Part shown: positions 54,362 to 64,000 of the stretch, piece by piece
How the letters are laid out: the number at the start of each line of letters is the position of its first letter
Numbering within the stretch: position 1 is the first letter of the stretch
DNA from: an uncultured delta proteobacterium
Lineage (GTDB): Bacteria; Desulfobacterota; Binatia; UBA9968
Length of the DNA: 64,000 nt
Direction of reading: 5' to 3'
Assembly (NCBI GenBank): GCA_963804165.1
Contig: CAWDPO010000037.1
Span: 87,876-151,875 of the forward strand
Made by a program: the position numbers and the translations under genes
Notes under the pieces: generated by a model
The model's input: the letters and a program-made list of their open reading frames with translations, nothing else
What the model was told of the DNA's origin: nothing
Databases searched by the model: none

Positions 54362-55420
54362 TCATCGGATCACCCGGTCTGCCCGCGCCAGCACATTCGG
54401 TGGGATCGTCAGGCCGATCTGCTTGGCGGCTTTTAGATTGACGATGAATTCAAATTTCGTTGGTTGTTCCACGGGTAGATCGGCGGGCTTGGTGCCCTTC
54501 AAAATCTTGTCGACATAGGTGGCGGCGCGTCGGTCCAAGTCTGAAATGCTCACGCCGTAGCTCATGAGCCCGCCGTCTTCCACAAATTCCCGCCTGGGGT
54601 ATGTCACCGGGAGCCGGCTCTTTAGCGCGAGGTCTGCAATCTGTGCTCGCTGAGCATTGAAAACGGGACTCTGCAGCACAAGGAGTGCGTCAGCGCGCTC
54701 CTTGCCTGCGGCTCGGAATGCAGTCTCAATATCCTGGGGGTTTTCTATATTTAGGTATTGAACCTTCATCGCGAACGCCCCCGCGACGAGTTCCATCTCT
54801 TTTAAAGCTTGTGCGGTGCCCTGTCTGGTCGAAGTCCCGATGACAGCCACTCGGTTAAGCCGGGGAACGATTTCTTTCAGAAGCTCCAATTGTTTTCCGC
54901 TTATCTCCGGGGCAAGAGTCGACAATCCGGTAACGTTTCCGCCGGGTCGCGCCAGACTGACGACGAAGCCGCTGCCGACCGGGTCATCATCAAACGTCAT
55001 GACAATGCGGAATCGTAGAAGTTGCTCCTTTAGCGGGACGAGTTGCTGTTGGACCACTGGTGACGATGACGTCAACATTGAGCCGCACCAACTCGGCTGC
55101 GAGCGCGGGGAGCCGATCGAGTTTTCCCTCTGCATGTCGCCGCTCAATGAGGATATTTTTCCCCTCCACGTACCCGAGTTCTCGCAGACCCTGCTGGAAT
55201 GCATCCATGCGCGGTGCAATTACCGCAGGTGAGGAAGTGATGAGAAATCCTATGCGGGGAATTTGCGTTTGCTGCTGCGCCTCGGCCGCGGCCCAACCGC
55301 ACGAGCACTGTGAGAGCGATAGCGAAGAGCCGCCGCCAATTTTCGATTTTGCGATTTTAGATTTTAGATTATCGGATCAAGAATTCAAGAAATCGCTTTG
55401 AGCCAAGATTTTTCATTCAT
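54362..55420 (-). CDS. ABC_sub_bind SBP paralogue 11 (frameshifted), near-identical to paralogue 12
   Basis: Pieces 54990-55208 and 54362-55219; degraded leader. Confidence 0.8.
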
Positions 55421-55464
55421 GATTTTCTCCCCTAATCGAAAATCCTAAAATCGAAAATCTAAAA

Positions 55465-56517
55465 TTACTTGATCTACTCCGATCCGCTCTGGCCAGCACG
55501 TTCGGTGGAATGGTTAATCCGATCTGTTTCGCCGTTTTGAGATTGATGATGAACTCGAACTTCTTCGGCTGTTCGACGGGAAGATCGGCGGGCTTGGTGC
55601 CCTTCAAGAATCTTGTCGACATAGGTGGCGGCGCGTCGGTCCAAGTCAGAAATGCTCACGCCGTAGCTCATGAGCCCGCCGTCTTCCACAAATTCCCGCC
55701 TGGGGTATGTCACCGGGAGCCGGCTCTTTAGCGCGAGGTCTGCAATCTGTGCTCGCTGAGCATTGAAAACGGGACTCTGCAGCACAAGGAATGCGTCAGC
55801 GCGCTCCTTGCCTGCGGCTCGGAATGCAGTCTCAATATCCTGGGGGTTTTCTATATTTAGGTATTGAACCTTCATCGCGAACGCCCCCGCGACGAGTTCT
55901 ATCTCTTTTAAAGCTTGTGCGGTGCCCTGTCTGGTCGAAGTCCCGATGACAGCCACTCGGTTAAGCCGGGGAACAATTTCTTTGAGAAGCTCCAATTGTT
56001 TTCCGCTTATCTCCGGGGCCAGAGTCGACAATCCGGTAACGTTTCCGCCGGGTCGCGCGAGACTGACGACGAAGCCGCTGCCGACCGGGTCATCATCAAA
56101 CGTCATGACAATCGGAATCGTAGAAGTTGCTCCTTTAGCGGGACGAGTTGCTGATGGACCACTGGTGACGATGACGTCAACATTGAGCCGCACCAACTCG
56201 GCTGCGAGCGCGGGGAGCCGATCGAGTTTTCCCTCTGCATGTCGCCGCTCAATGAGGATATTTTTCCCCTCCACGTACCCGAGTTCTCGCAGACCCTGCT
56301 GGAATGCATCCATGCGCGGTGCAATTACCGCAGGTGAGGAAGTGATGAGAAATCCTATGCGGGGAATTTTCCCCTGCTGCTGCGCCTGAGCCGCGGTCCC
56401 AACCGCCACGAGCACGAAAGCGATGACCGAAAGCCGCAGCCATTTTGGATTTTGGATTGCCGATTTTGGATTATCGGATCGAAACCAAGTGAGTTCGCTT
56501 TGAAATGTCTTAATCAT
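55465..56517 (-). CDS. ABC_sub_bind SBP paralogue 12 (frameshifts near the C-terminus)
   Basis: ORF 55474-56538 plus a shifted tail 55413-55622. Confidence 0.85.
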
Positions 56518-56561
56518 ATCTTGGGACCCCAAATCCAAAATCTAAAATCGAAAATCCACAA

Positions 56562-57548
56562 TTACTTGACAACCCTATCTCCTCTCGCCAGCACGTTCGG
56601 TAGAATCGTCAGACCGATCTGTTTGGCGGCTTTTAGATTGATGATGAGCTCGAATTTCCTCGGCTGCTCCACCGGAAGGTCGGCGGGCTTCGCGCCTTTC
56701 AATATCTTGTCCACGTAAGTAGCGGCGCGCCGGTCTAAGTCCTCGATGTTCACGCCGTAGGTCATAAGCCCGCCGGCCTCCACAAAGTCTGCCCTGTGGT
56801 ACATCGCAGGGAGGCGGTTCTTTGCCGCGAGTTCTGCAATCTCGGTCTGGTGATCAGCGGCAACGCGGCCCGGCAACAGCATAAGGACCGCGTCAGCACG
56901 CCCCTTGGTTGCAGCTCGGAACGCGGGCTCAATATCCTTGGGACTTAGGACGTCTAGGTATTGAAGCTTCACTCCGAACGCCTTGGCGACGAGCTCCACT
57001 TCTTTTAACGATTGTGCGTTACCCGGCTGGGTTGAAGTCCCGAACACTGCCACACGAGAGAGTTTGGGCACAATCTCCTTCAGAAGCTCCAACCGTTTTC
57101 CGCTCAGCTCCGGGGCAAGGGTCGACAATCCAGTAATGTTCCCGCCAGGTCGGGCAAGGCTGGCGACGAACCCGCTCCCCACGGGATCGGCGTCCTGCGT
57201 CATGACAGTAGGAATCGTACCGGTCGCTTGCTTGGCAGCCCTCGTATCAGGCGGGCCGGCCGTGACAATGACGTCCACGTTAAGACGAACCAGCTCAGCC
57301 GCGAGCGCGGGGAGGCGATCGAGTTTTCCCTCTGCATATCGCCATTCAATGATAATGTTTTTCCCCTCGACGTATCCAAGCTCGCGCAGTCCCTGCCGGA
57401 ACGCCTCGATGCGGCCTGGGCTAGCGGAAGGGGAGGTTGCAATTAGGTGTCCTATCCGTGGGACTTTTGTCGGCTGCTGCGCCTCGGCGGGTGGGGCAGT
57501 TGTCAGAAGGATAGTTGCCAGTAACCCGATGAGAAGTTTTGCCGCCAT
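56562..57548 (-). CDS. ABC_sub_bind SBP paralogue 13
   Basis: Intact 328 aa. Confidence 0.92.
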   Translation of the reverse strand: MAAKLLIGLLATILLTTAPPAEAQQPTKVPRIGHLIATSPSASPGRIEAFRQGLRELGYVEGKNIIIEWRYAEGKLDRLPALAAELVRLNVDVIVTAGPPDTRAAKQATGTIPTVMTQDADPVGSGFVASLARPGGNITGLSTLAPELSGKRLELLKEIVPKLSRVAVFGTSTQPGNAQSLKEVELVAKAFGVKLQYLDVLSPKDIEPAFRAATKGRADAVLMLLPGRVAADHQTEIAELAAKNRLPAMYHRADFVEAGGLMTYGVNIEDLDRRAATYVDKILKGAKPADLPVEQPRKFELIINLKAAKQIGLTILPNVLARGDRVVK

Positions 57549-57589
57549 GAATCTGTTCCTACTGTTGCCTGTTGCCTCGTGCCTACCGC

Positions 57590-58577
57590 CTACTGTCGCA
57601 TCGCCTCTTCTACATAGGTGTTATCGAATGATTGGCGCACATCGAACTGCTTGGCTTTCGGATGTTCGACGAACTTGAGCGCATTGGTCATCGCTTTCTC
57701 GATGACTCTAAGCGAACTCGGGAAGGCGTCCTTGTAGAATTCGAAGCTGCCTTGCAGCAACGCGTCATCGTCGGTTCGGGTAAATTTTCGCAGCGCGCGC
57801 TTGGTTGCCGCGGCATTTTCCCTGGCAAGCTGTTGTCCTTCATTGAGCGCGCGTAGAAACTCGACCGCGACCTTGCGATTCTTGGGGTCCTTGAGCCAGG
57901 ACTCGCGCGCTCCGATGACGGCGGTGGGAAAGAGGCCGTATTCGGTCTGCAAAGGCCGGAACAGCAGATTAAATCCCGCGTTCTTGGCGCTGAGCCCGAA
58001 AGGATACCCGATCATGCAGACATCGACACGGCCGCCGACGAGGGCGGCGTAGGATTCGCCAACGCCGCCATTTTGGATGAACGTGACTTCGGTTGGCTTC
58101 ACCCCGCCCGACTCCAACATCGACAGCGCCGAGAAGTAGCTCGATGCGCCGAAGCGCGTGACCCCGATTCTCTTGCCTCTGACATCGCTGATGGATTTGA
58201 TTTCGGGCTTCGACCAACCATCGATTGTGAGGACGGGCAAGGGCGAGGCGATGGCGATCAAGTCACTGCCGCTGAGTCGGCTGGCGATGATCGCGCCGCC
58301 GCCGGTGTAGCCGATGGGAAATTCTCCGGCGAGGATCGCCGAGTTGATCAGCGGCGAGCCGCCCATGAATACGGGGAAAATATCGTAGCCGTGTTTCTGA
58401 AAAATTTTCTCTTCCACGGCGATGTACAGCGGGATCGCCGCGCCCCCGATGGGCGTGTAGCCGACGGTGAGCTTTTGCAAGTCCTTTTGCGCCGCTTGTG
58501 CGCCGACGCTTAGACAACGATGCCGTTACCAGGAAGGTTGCAAACCACCAACGTGGATCTCTCGCTTTCATGGTCAT
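57590..58577 (-). CDS. NitT/TauT (NMT1/SsuA-like) substrate-binding protein (frameshift in leader at about 58500)
   Basis: PLYIAVEEKIFQKHG, DVRGKRIGVTRFG and FDNTYV motifs; the signal peptide is in the 58263-58577 frame. Confidence 0.85.
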
Positions 58578-58688
58578 CCTCCCGTCCTAAAATTTTGGAT
58601 TTGCGGACGAAGATTTCGAACGAAATAGCTTCATAGAGTCGGGTCTCCTGGCTTTCAATCCAAAATCTAAAATCGAGAATCTAAAATA

Positions 58689-59677
58689 TCATCTGATGAC
58701 TTTGTCCGCTCTGGCCAGCACGTTCGGCGGGATCGTGAGACCGATCTGCTTGGCTGTCTTCAGATTGATCACGAATTCAAACTTGGTCGGTGCTCGATGG
58801 TTAGGTCGGCCGGCTTCGTACCCTTAAGTATTCTGTCTACGTAGTATGCGGCGCGTCTGAAACTCTCAGTATCGTAGTCTGAATACGATATTAGACCGCC
58901 GGCCTCTACAAAATCACTGCTCTCGTTCATTGATGGCAGTCGACTCTTTATGGCAAGGTCTGCAATTCGCCGCATGTTTCGAGTGAGTACGGAACTTCTA
59001 ATCGGAATGATCGCACCGGCACGCTCCTTAGCCGCGGTGTGAAATGCGCGTTCGAAATCAAGGTTCAGGGCCCGTAGCTCCAGGGACTGAAGATTTATCT
59101 TTAGCAAGCGAGCAGTAGCCTCATACTCTTTAAAAGCAATAGTCGGCCCTGGCCCGTTCCCATCCCAGAGGACTCCGACGCGAGATACTTTCGGAACCAC
59201 CTCCTTGAGCAGTTCCAGTCGTTTTCCGATTAGGTCGCGGGTGAGTCTGGTGAGCGCCGTGATATTTCCCCCAGGTCGCGCCAGGCTATCGATGAGCCCA
59301 GTCGCGACCGGATCCTGAACTGTCACCATGACAACAGGAATCGTCTTGGTCGCTTGCTTGGCTGCGAGGATCCCTCCTGTAGCTTGGGAGACAAGGATAT
59401 CTACCTTGAGTTGCACCAGTTCGGTCACAAGGCTTGGGATACGGTCCGGCTTTCCTTCAGCAGAGCGAAACTCAATCACGATGTTTTTCCCCTCAACATA
59501 ACCGAGATTCCGCAACCCCTGCCGGAATGCCTCAAGGTTCGGTGAGGGAGAAGAGAGATCGCCAGTTACTGTTACGTATCCTATCCGCGGAGCTTTCGTT
59601 GGCTGTTGCGCCTCGACAGAAAAGCAGAGCGCAAAGAGCATGGCGCAAAGAGTAAGGGCCGTGATTTTTTTCTTCAT
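58689..59677 (-). CDS. ABC_sub_bind SBP paralogue 14 (frameshift at about 58790)
   Basis: ORF 58769-59677 plus a tail ending ADKVIR at TGA 58689. Confidence 0.86.
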
Positions 59678-59724
59678 GTCTTTTTTCTGTCTCGATTGAC
59701 TTGCGACGTGACACTAACCCCGTC

Positions 59725-60798
59725 TCACTTGATCACCTTATCCGCCCGGTACAGCACGTTCGGCGGAACTGTCAGGCGGATCTGCTTGGCCGCCTTAAGG
59801 TTGATCACGAGCTCGAACTTTATCGGTGCTTCCACCGGCAGGTCAGCCGGCTTCGTGCCCCTTAGGATCTTGTCAACGTACGTCGCGGCCCGCCTGTGCA
59901 TGCCCGAGTAGCTTGGCCCATAGGACATCAAGCCACCCGCCTCGACCAACTCCACATAAGCATGCACGCCTGGTAAGTGGTTTTGGGTGGCGAAGTCCAT
60001 GATGCGCACGCGGTGGTGCAGGAACAGTCGGTCTGCTAACACGAGGAGCGCACCTGGTCGTTCTCTGAGAATTGTCGCAAATGCATTGTCGAACTGCTCC
60101 TCGGCTTGCACCCCCAGCGACAGCACTTTTATTTTCATTGCATGAGCAGCCGCCTGTGTCTCCTTTTCCCCCGCCACCTGCAAGGGGCTGGTGGGATTCC
60201 AGAGCACCGCAACGTGCGAGATTTTAGGGACCACTTCCCTGAGCAACTCCAACCGCTTCCCGTCTAGCTCCGGTGAGATCGAGGTCAACCCGGTGAGGTT
60301 TCCACCAGGGTGGGCGAGACTCGCGATGAGGCCCGACCCCACGGGGTCCCCGACGGCGATCATGACAAGGGGCAGCGTCGTTGTCGCCTGCTTGAGAGCG
60401 ATCGTGGCGGGTGTGCCGGCGGTAACGATCAGTTCGACCTTCGAGGCGATCAGCTCCGCGATGAGGGCAGGAAAGCGCTCGTACTTTCCTTCCGCCCATC
60501 GCCACTCAATGACGATGTTTTTACCCTCGACATAGCCAACGTCATGCAACCCTTCGCGAAAGGGCCCGATCAGATTTGCCTCCAGGGCAGCGGTAGAGTT
60601 TCCCAGGAAACCGATCCGGGGGACCTTCCCTTTCTGCTGCGCCTCAGCCGTTCCCACACACCCCACGAGCAGGACGAGGATTAGAAGAAACCCCACCCAT
60701 TTTAGATTTTGGATACTTCGACTCAGCTCAGTACAGGTTTTAGATTTCCGATTATCAGAGCGAGAATTTGGAGATCGCATCCAGGTTTTCTCATACAT
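59725..60798 (-). CDS. ABC_sub_bind SBP paralogue 15
   Basis: Intact; N-terminus NRKSKTCTELSRSIQNLK derives from heptamer + REP sequence. Confidence 0.92.
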   Translation of the reverse strand: MYEKTWMRSPNSRSDNRKSKTCTELSRSIQNLKWVGFLLILVLLVGCVGTAEAQQKGKVPRIGFLGNSTAALEANLIGPFREGLHDVGYVEGKNIVIEWRWAEGKYERFPALIAELIASKVELIVTAGTPATIALKQATTTLPLVMIAVGDPVGSGLIASLAHPGGNLTGLTSISPELDGKRLELLREVVPKISHVAVLWNPTSPLQVAGEKETQAAAHAMKIKVLSLGVQAEEQFDNAFATILRERPGALLVLADRLFLHHRVRIMDFATQNHLPGVHAYVELVEAGGLMSYGPSYSGMHRRAATYVDKILRGTKPADLPVEAPIKFELVINLKAAKQIRLTVPPNVLYRADKVIK

Positions 60799-60844
60799 TT
60801 GTTTTTCTCCTCAATCTAAAATCGGCAATCGAAAATCTAAAATA

Positions 60845-61827
60845 TCATCTGATGACTTTGTCCGCTCTGGCCAGCACATTCGGCGGAATCGTCAGTCCGA
60901 TCTGCTTGGCGGTTTTGAGATTGATGATCAGGTCGAATTTTACGGGCCGCTCGACAGGCAGATCGGCCGGCTTGGTACCCTTGAGGATTTTATCGACAAA
61001 GGTCGCGGCGCGCCTATACATATCCGCATCATTTGGTCCGTAAACCATCAGGCCGCCGGCTTCGGCAAATGGAATTTGCCCATGGATTGTTGCGAAGCGG
61101 TTCTTGATGGCGAGGTCTGCCACTCGCGTTCGGTGCGTGAAAGTGACCGGATCACCGATAGTCATGAGGGCTCCGACGCTGTTCTTTTTTGCTGCCTGAA
61201 ATATATTGTCTAGATCGTTGGGTCCACGTATTTCCAAAACTTGAATTTTTAACGCTAGCGACTGCGCCGCAAGTTCGGCATCTTTCAATGCGTCCGCGGT
61301 GCCCAACATGCCGGGGTTGCGAAGAACCGCGACGCGGGAGAGCTTGGGAATCGCTTCTTTGAGCAGCTCCAGACGTTTGCCATTTAACTCTTCGGCGTTG
61401 GAAGTGAGGCCCGTAATGTTGCCCCCTGGCCGGGCCAAACTTGCGACCAACCCGGTTCGAACTGGGTCGGCTTCATACGCGAGAACAATGGGAATTGTTC
61501 CAGCAGCTTCTTTTGCTGGACGCGTCGCAAGGGGACCTCCCGTAACGATGACATCGACTCTGAGCCGAGCCAGTTCTTTGGCGAATTCACGAAGTCGGTC
61601 GAGGTTGTCTTCAGCATAGCGATACTCTACGAGGATGTTTTGGCCTTCAGTGTAGCCTTGCTCGCGCAAACCTTGCCGAAACGCTTCGACTCGACCTAAC
61701 ATGGAAGCGGCCGAACCCACTGACAGAAAACCTATTCGTGGAACTTTTTTTTGCTGCTGCGCCTCAATGCAAAGCAAAGCGCCAAGAGCACAGCGTTGAG
61801 AGTCAACCCAAAGATCTTTTTCTTCAT
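60845..61827 (-). CDS. ABC_sub_bind SBP paralogue 16 (frameshift in signal peptide at about 61770)
   Basis: MKKKIFGLTL leader joins ORF 60845-61777. Confidence 0.86.
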
Positions 61828-61864
61828 CCTTTTTCTCTCACGCCTTCCGCCTCACTCATCACGC

Positions 61865-62931
61865 CTATCGAATCACCCTATCCGCTCGCGCCAGCACATT
61901 CGGCGGGATCGTGAGGCCGATCTGTTTGGCCGTTTTTAGGTTGATGACGAACTCAAACTTTGTCGGTTGTTCCACCGGGAGATCGGCGGGCTTGGTGCCT
62001 TTGAGAATCTTGTCGACATAAATTGCGGCGCGCCCATCCAAGTCGGGCAAGTGGACGCCGTAGACATAAGCCCTCCGTCTTCGACATTTTCTCGCCTGCT
62101 GTACAGCGCCGTAAGACATCAAGCCCCCGCGCTCGACAAAGTCTTCGCGAAAGTGGATCGCCGGCAAGTGGTACTTGGCCGCCAGCTCAGCGATCTGTTT
62201 TTGATAGTTAGTGAATAACCGATGGCGCGACACAGCGAGCGCCGCACTACGGGCTTTAATGGCCCCTTTAAAAGCACTCTCATACTGGTCGATGGTGCTT
62301 ACCTCCATGGAGTGAAGTTGCAGCCCCAGTTGCCGCGCCGCAAGCTGGCTTTCTTTCCATTGTGGCTGGTTGTCAGAAGAACTTGGGTTCCACAAAACAG
62401 CGACGTGAGAGAGTTTGGGTATGGATTCCTTGAGTACTTGCAGCCGTTTGCCAGCTAGAACATCGGCCATCGAATAAAATCCCGTAATGTTGCCTACGGG
62501 CCGAGCGAGGCTGTCCACCAAGCCTCGCGCCACCGGATCGGAGTTGGAATCCGTGAAAACGATGGGGATCGTTTTGGTTCCTTCTTAGCGGTCATAGCAT
62601 CGTTTGGACCGTCCGCAATAATGAGATCGACCTTGAGACGAACCAGCTCATCTGCCAGAGCGGAGAGCCGCTCGGGTTTCTCCTCTGCGTTGCGAAGCTC
62701 GAAGACGATGTTTTTAGATGTATCCGAGCTCGCGAAGCTCTCGTCGAAGTGTGTCTACGTTGAATCTGGAACTAGATAAAGCGCCGGACAATCTTCCGAC
62801 GCGATAAACTTTCCGGGCTGCTGTGCATCGGCGGAAACGCGGAGCGCAAACAGCAGGGCGCAAAGTACGAAGCCAGAAAGTTTGATTCTCTTACTGTTGC
62901 CTGTTGCCTCGTGGCTAATGCCGCTGATCAC
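61865..62931 (-). pseudogene. ABC_sub_bind SBP paralogue 17, multiply frameshifted and chimeric
   Basis: GTG-coupled leader MISGISHEATGNSKRIKLSGFVLCALLFAL; duplicated GGLMSYG segment. Confidence 0.75.
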
Positions 62932-63932
62932 TTGATCACCCGATCCGCCCGGTACAGCACCGATTGCGGAATCATCAGGCCGATCTGCTTGGCGGTCTTG
63001 AGGTTAATGACGAATTCAAACGTCGTCGGCTGTTCTACCGGCAGGTCACCGGGCTTGGCCCCTTTGAGGATTTTGTCGACGAAGACAGCAACGCGGCGCG
63101 CTCAGTATAGCTGATTAGGCCCGTATAACATCAAGCCGCCTCCTTCCGGAAATTTCCTTCGTCCGACATGGTCGGCAGGCGGTTTTTTAGCGCGAGATCC
63201 GCGATCTTTTCCCTGTCCGAGATTGCTAATAAAGAGTGGCTCAATAATAAGCGCCCCGGCTCGCTCTTTGGTCATGGCCGAACGCGCTTTCAATCTCGTC
63301 GACAGCGGTTATTACCAACGGCTGAAATTTCATTCCCAATCTTTCAGCTGCCTGTTGCGCTTCCTTGACAAAGAGCTTGTGCGCCGGATCCGGTGCGTAG
63401 GCCAGGAAGGCCACGCGTGAAAGCTTAAAAAGAATCCTCTCAGCAGTTCCAATCTCTTGCCCGCCAACTCCGGCATGATGTTGGTCACGCCGGTCATATT
63501 CCGCCCGGTCGAGCCAAGTTGGTGACAAATCCGCTCCCTACCGCGTCTGCAACTCCGAACATCACGATCGGGATGGTCGTCGTCGCATTTTTAGCGGCCT
63601 GCGCCGCAGGGGTGGCTCTTGCGACGATGAGTTCCGGTTTCAGCCGCACTAGCTCTTCCGCCAATTCAGGCAGGCGTTCTACCTTGCCGGCCGCAAATCG
63701 GTAATCGATAGTGATGTTCTGCCCGTCGATGTAACCCAGGTCTCGCAAGCCCTGCCGGAAAGCCTGCTCGGGAGCCAAACGGCCGACAAGAAGCAAGAAA
63801 ACCGATCCGCGGGATTTTCTTCGTGTCCTGCGCGTTGGCGAGGACGATCAGCGCGAAGGGTAGGATGCAGGACAGAATACAGTAGTAGAGACTCTTTCTA
63901 ACTTTTGAACGCTGTCTACTGACTTCTTTCAT
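62928..63932 (-). pseudogene. ABC_sub_bind SBP paralogue 18, multiply frameshifted
   Basis: Fragments 63666-63995, 63494-63796, 63241-63528 and 63102-63293 carry successive SBP motifs. Confidence 0.78.
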
Positions 63933-63956
63933 CGAATCCTTCCCAGAGGTCTCGCG

Positions 63957-63988
63957 CCTGAGCTTGTCCTGAGCACGGTCGAAGGGCC
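63957..63988. repeat. REP-like element CCTGAGCTTGTCCTGAGCACGGTCGAAGGGC
   Basis: Same family as the elements at 43374-43446, about 49057-49080 and about 60714-60737. Confidence 0.6.
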
Positions 63989-64000
63989 TTACCACTCACT

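Noticed and set aside
40065-63114. Numerous plus-strand ORFs such as 41681-42265, 45273-45794 and 56983-57678 ([13 protein letters not shown])
   Set aside because: These are antisense shadows of the conserved SBP genes and have no independent coding signals.
35988-63930. CRISPR array from the recurring AAAATC repeats
   Set aside because: Units are 7-bp tandem, degenerate and about 1 kb apart, with no constant repeat-spacer pattern and no cas genes.
40185-63932. Integron cassette array
   Set aside because: No integrase in the window and no consistent RYYYAAC/GTTRRRY attC cores seen; the junction stems overlap coding leaders.

Overview
GC-rich bacterial chromosome segment. The lineage is probably deltaproteobacterial/Binatia-like, which is an inference from gene content. 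It has four parts. (1) 1-16.6 kb is housekeeping: partial ppiD, mreBCD-mrdA-rodA, trxA, pepA, folE, ccdA/tlpA, a sigma54 activator and an Fe(III)-type ABC transporter. It also holds an unannotated stand-alone transcription unit encoding the 16-aa peptide MAAKKKAKKKAKKKKK inside a predicted pseudoknotted RNA. (2) 17-29 kb encodes a TPR-CHAT protease, a CHASE2 cyclase and DUF928, converging on a TpsB/TpsA two-partner secretion pair and a Cys-rich secreted protein. (3) 29.8-39.5 kb is a co-oriented signalling operon: Cache-HAMP-GAF-GAF kinase, four-helix-bundle gene, receiver, receiver-cyclase, MBL phosphodiesterase, SBP and a cNMP-binding DASS transporter. (4) 40-64 kb is a head-to-tail array of 18 ABC_sub_bind-type periplasmic binding-protein paralogues with no permease or ATPase. 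The array is interrupted by an IS5, a MITE, a RelE/Phd pair, an AAA_14 ATPase and a TauA-like SBP. The most striking unexplained signal is that most array junctions carry 7-bp-period repeats. At many junctions these form inverted pairs that enclose the ribosome-binding site and start codon, and the downstream arm encodes the signal peptide. The same kind of heptamer stem encloses the whole Avd-like four-helix-bundle gene. The many single-base frameshifts, densest near the right end, may be sequencing errors.
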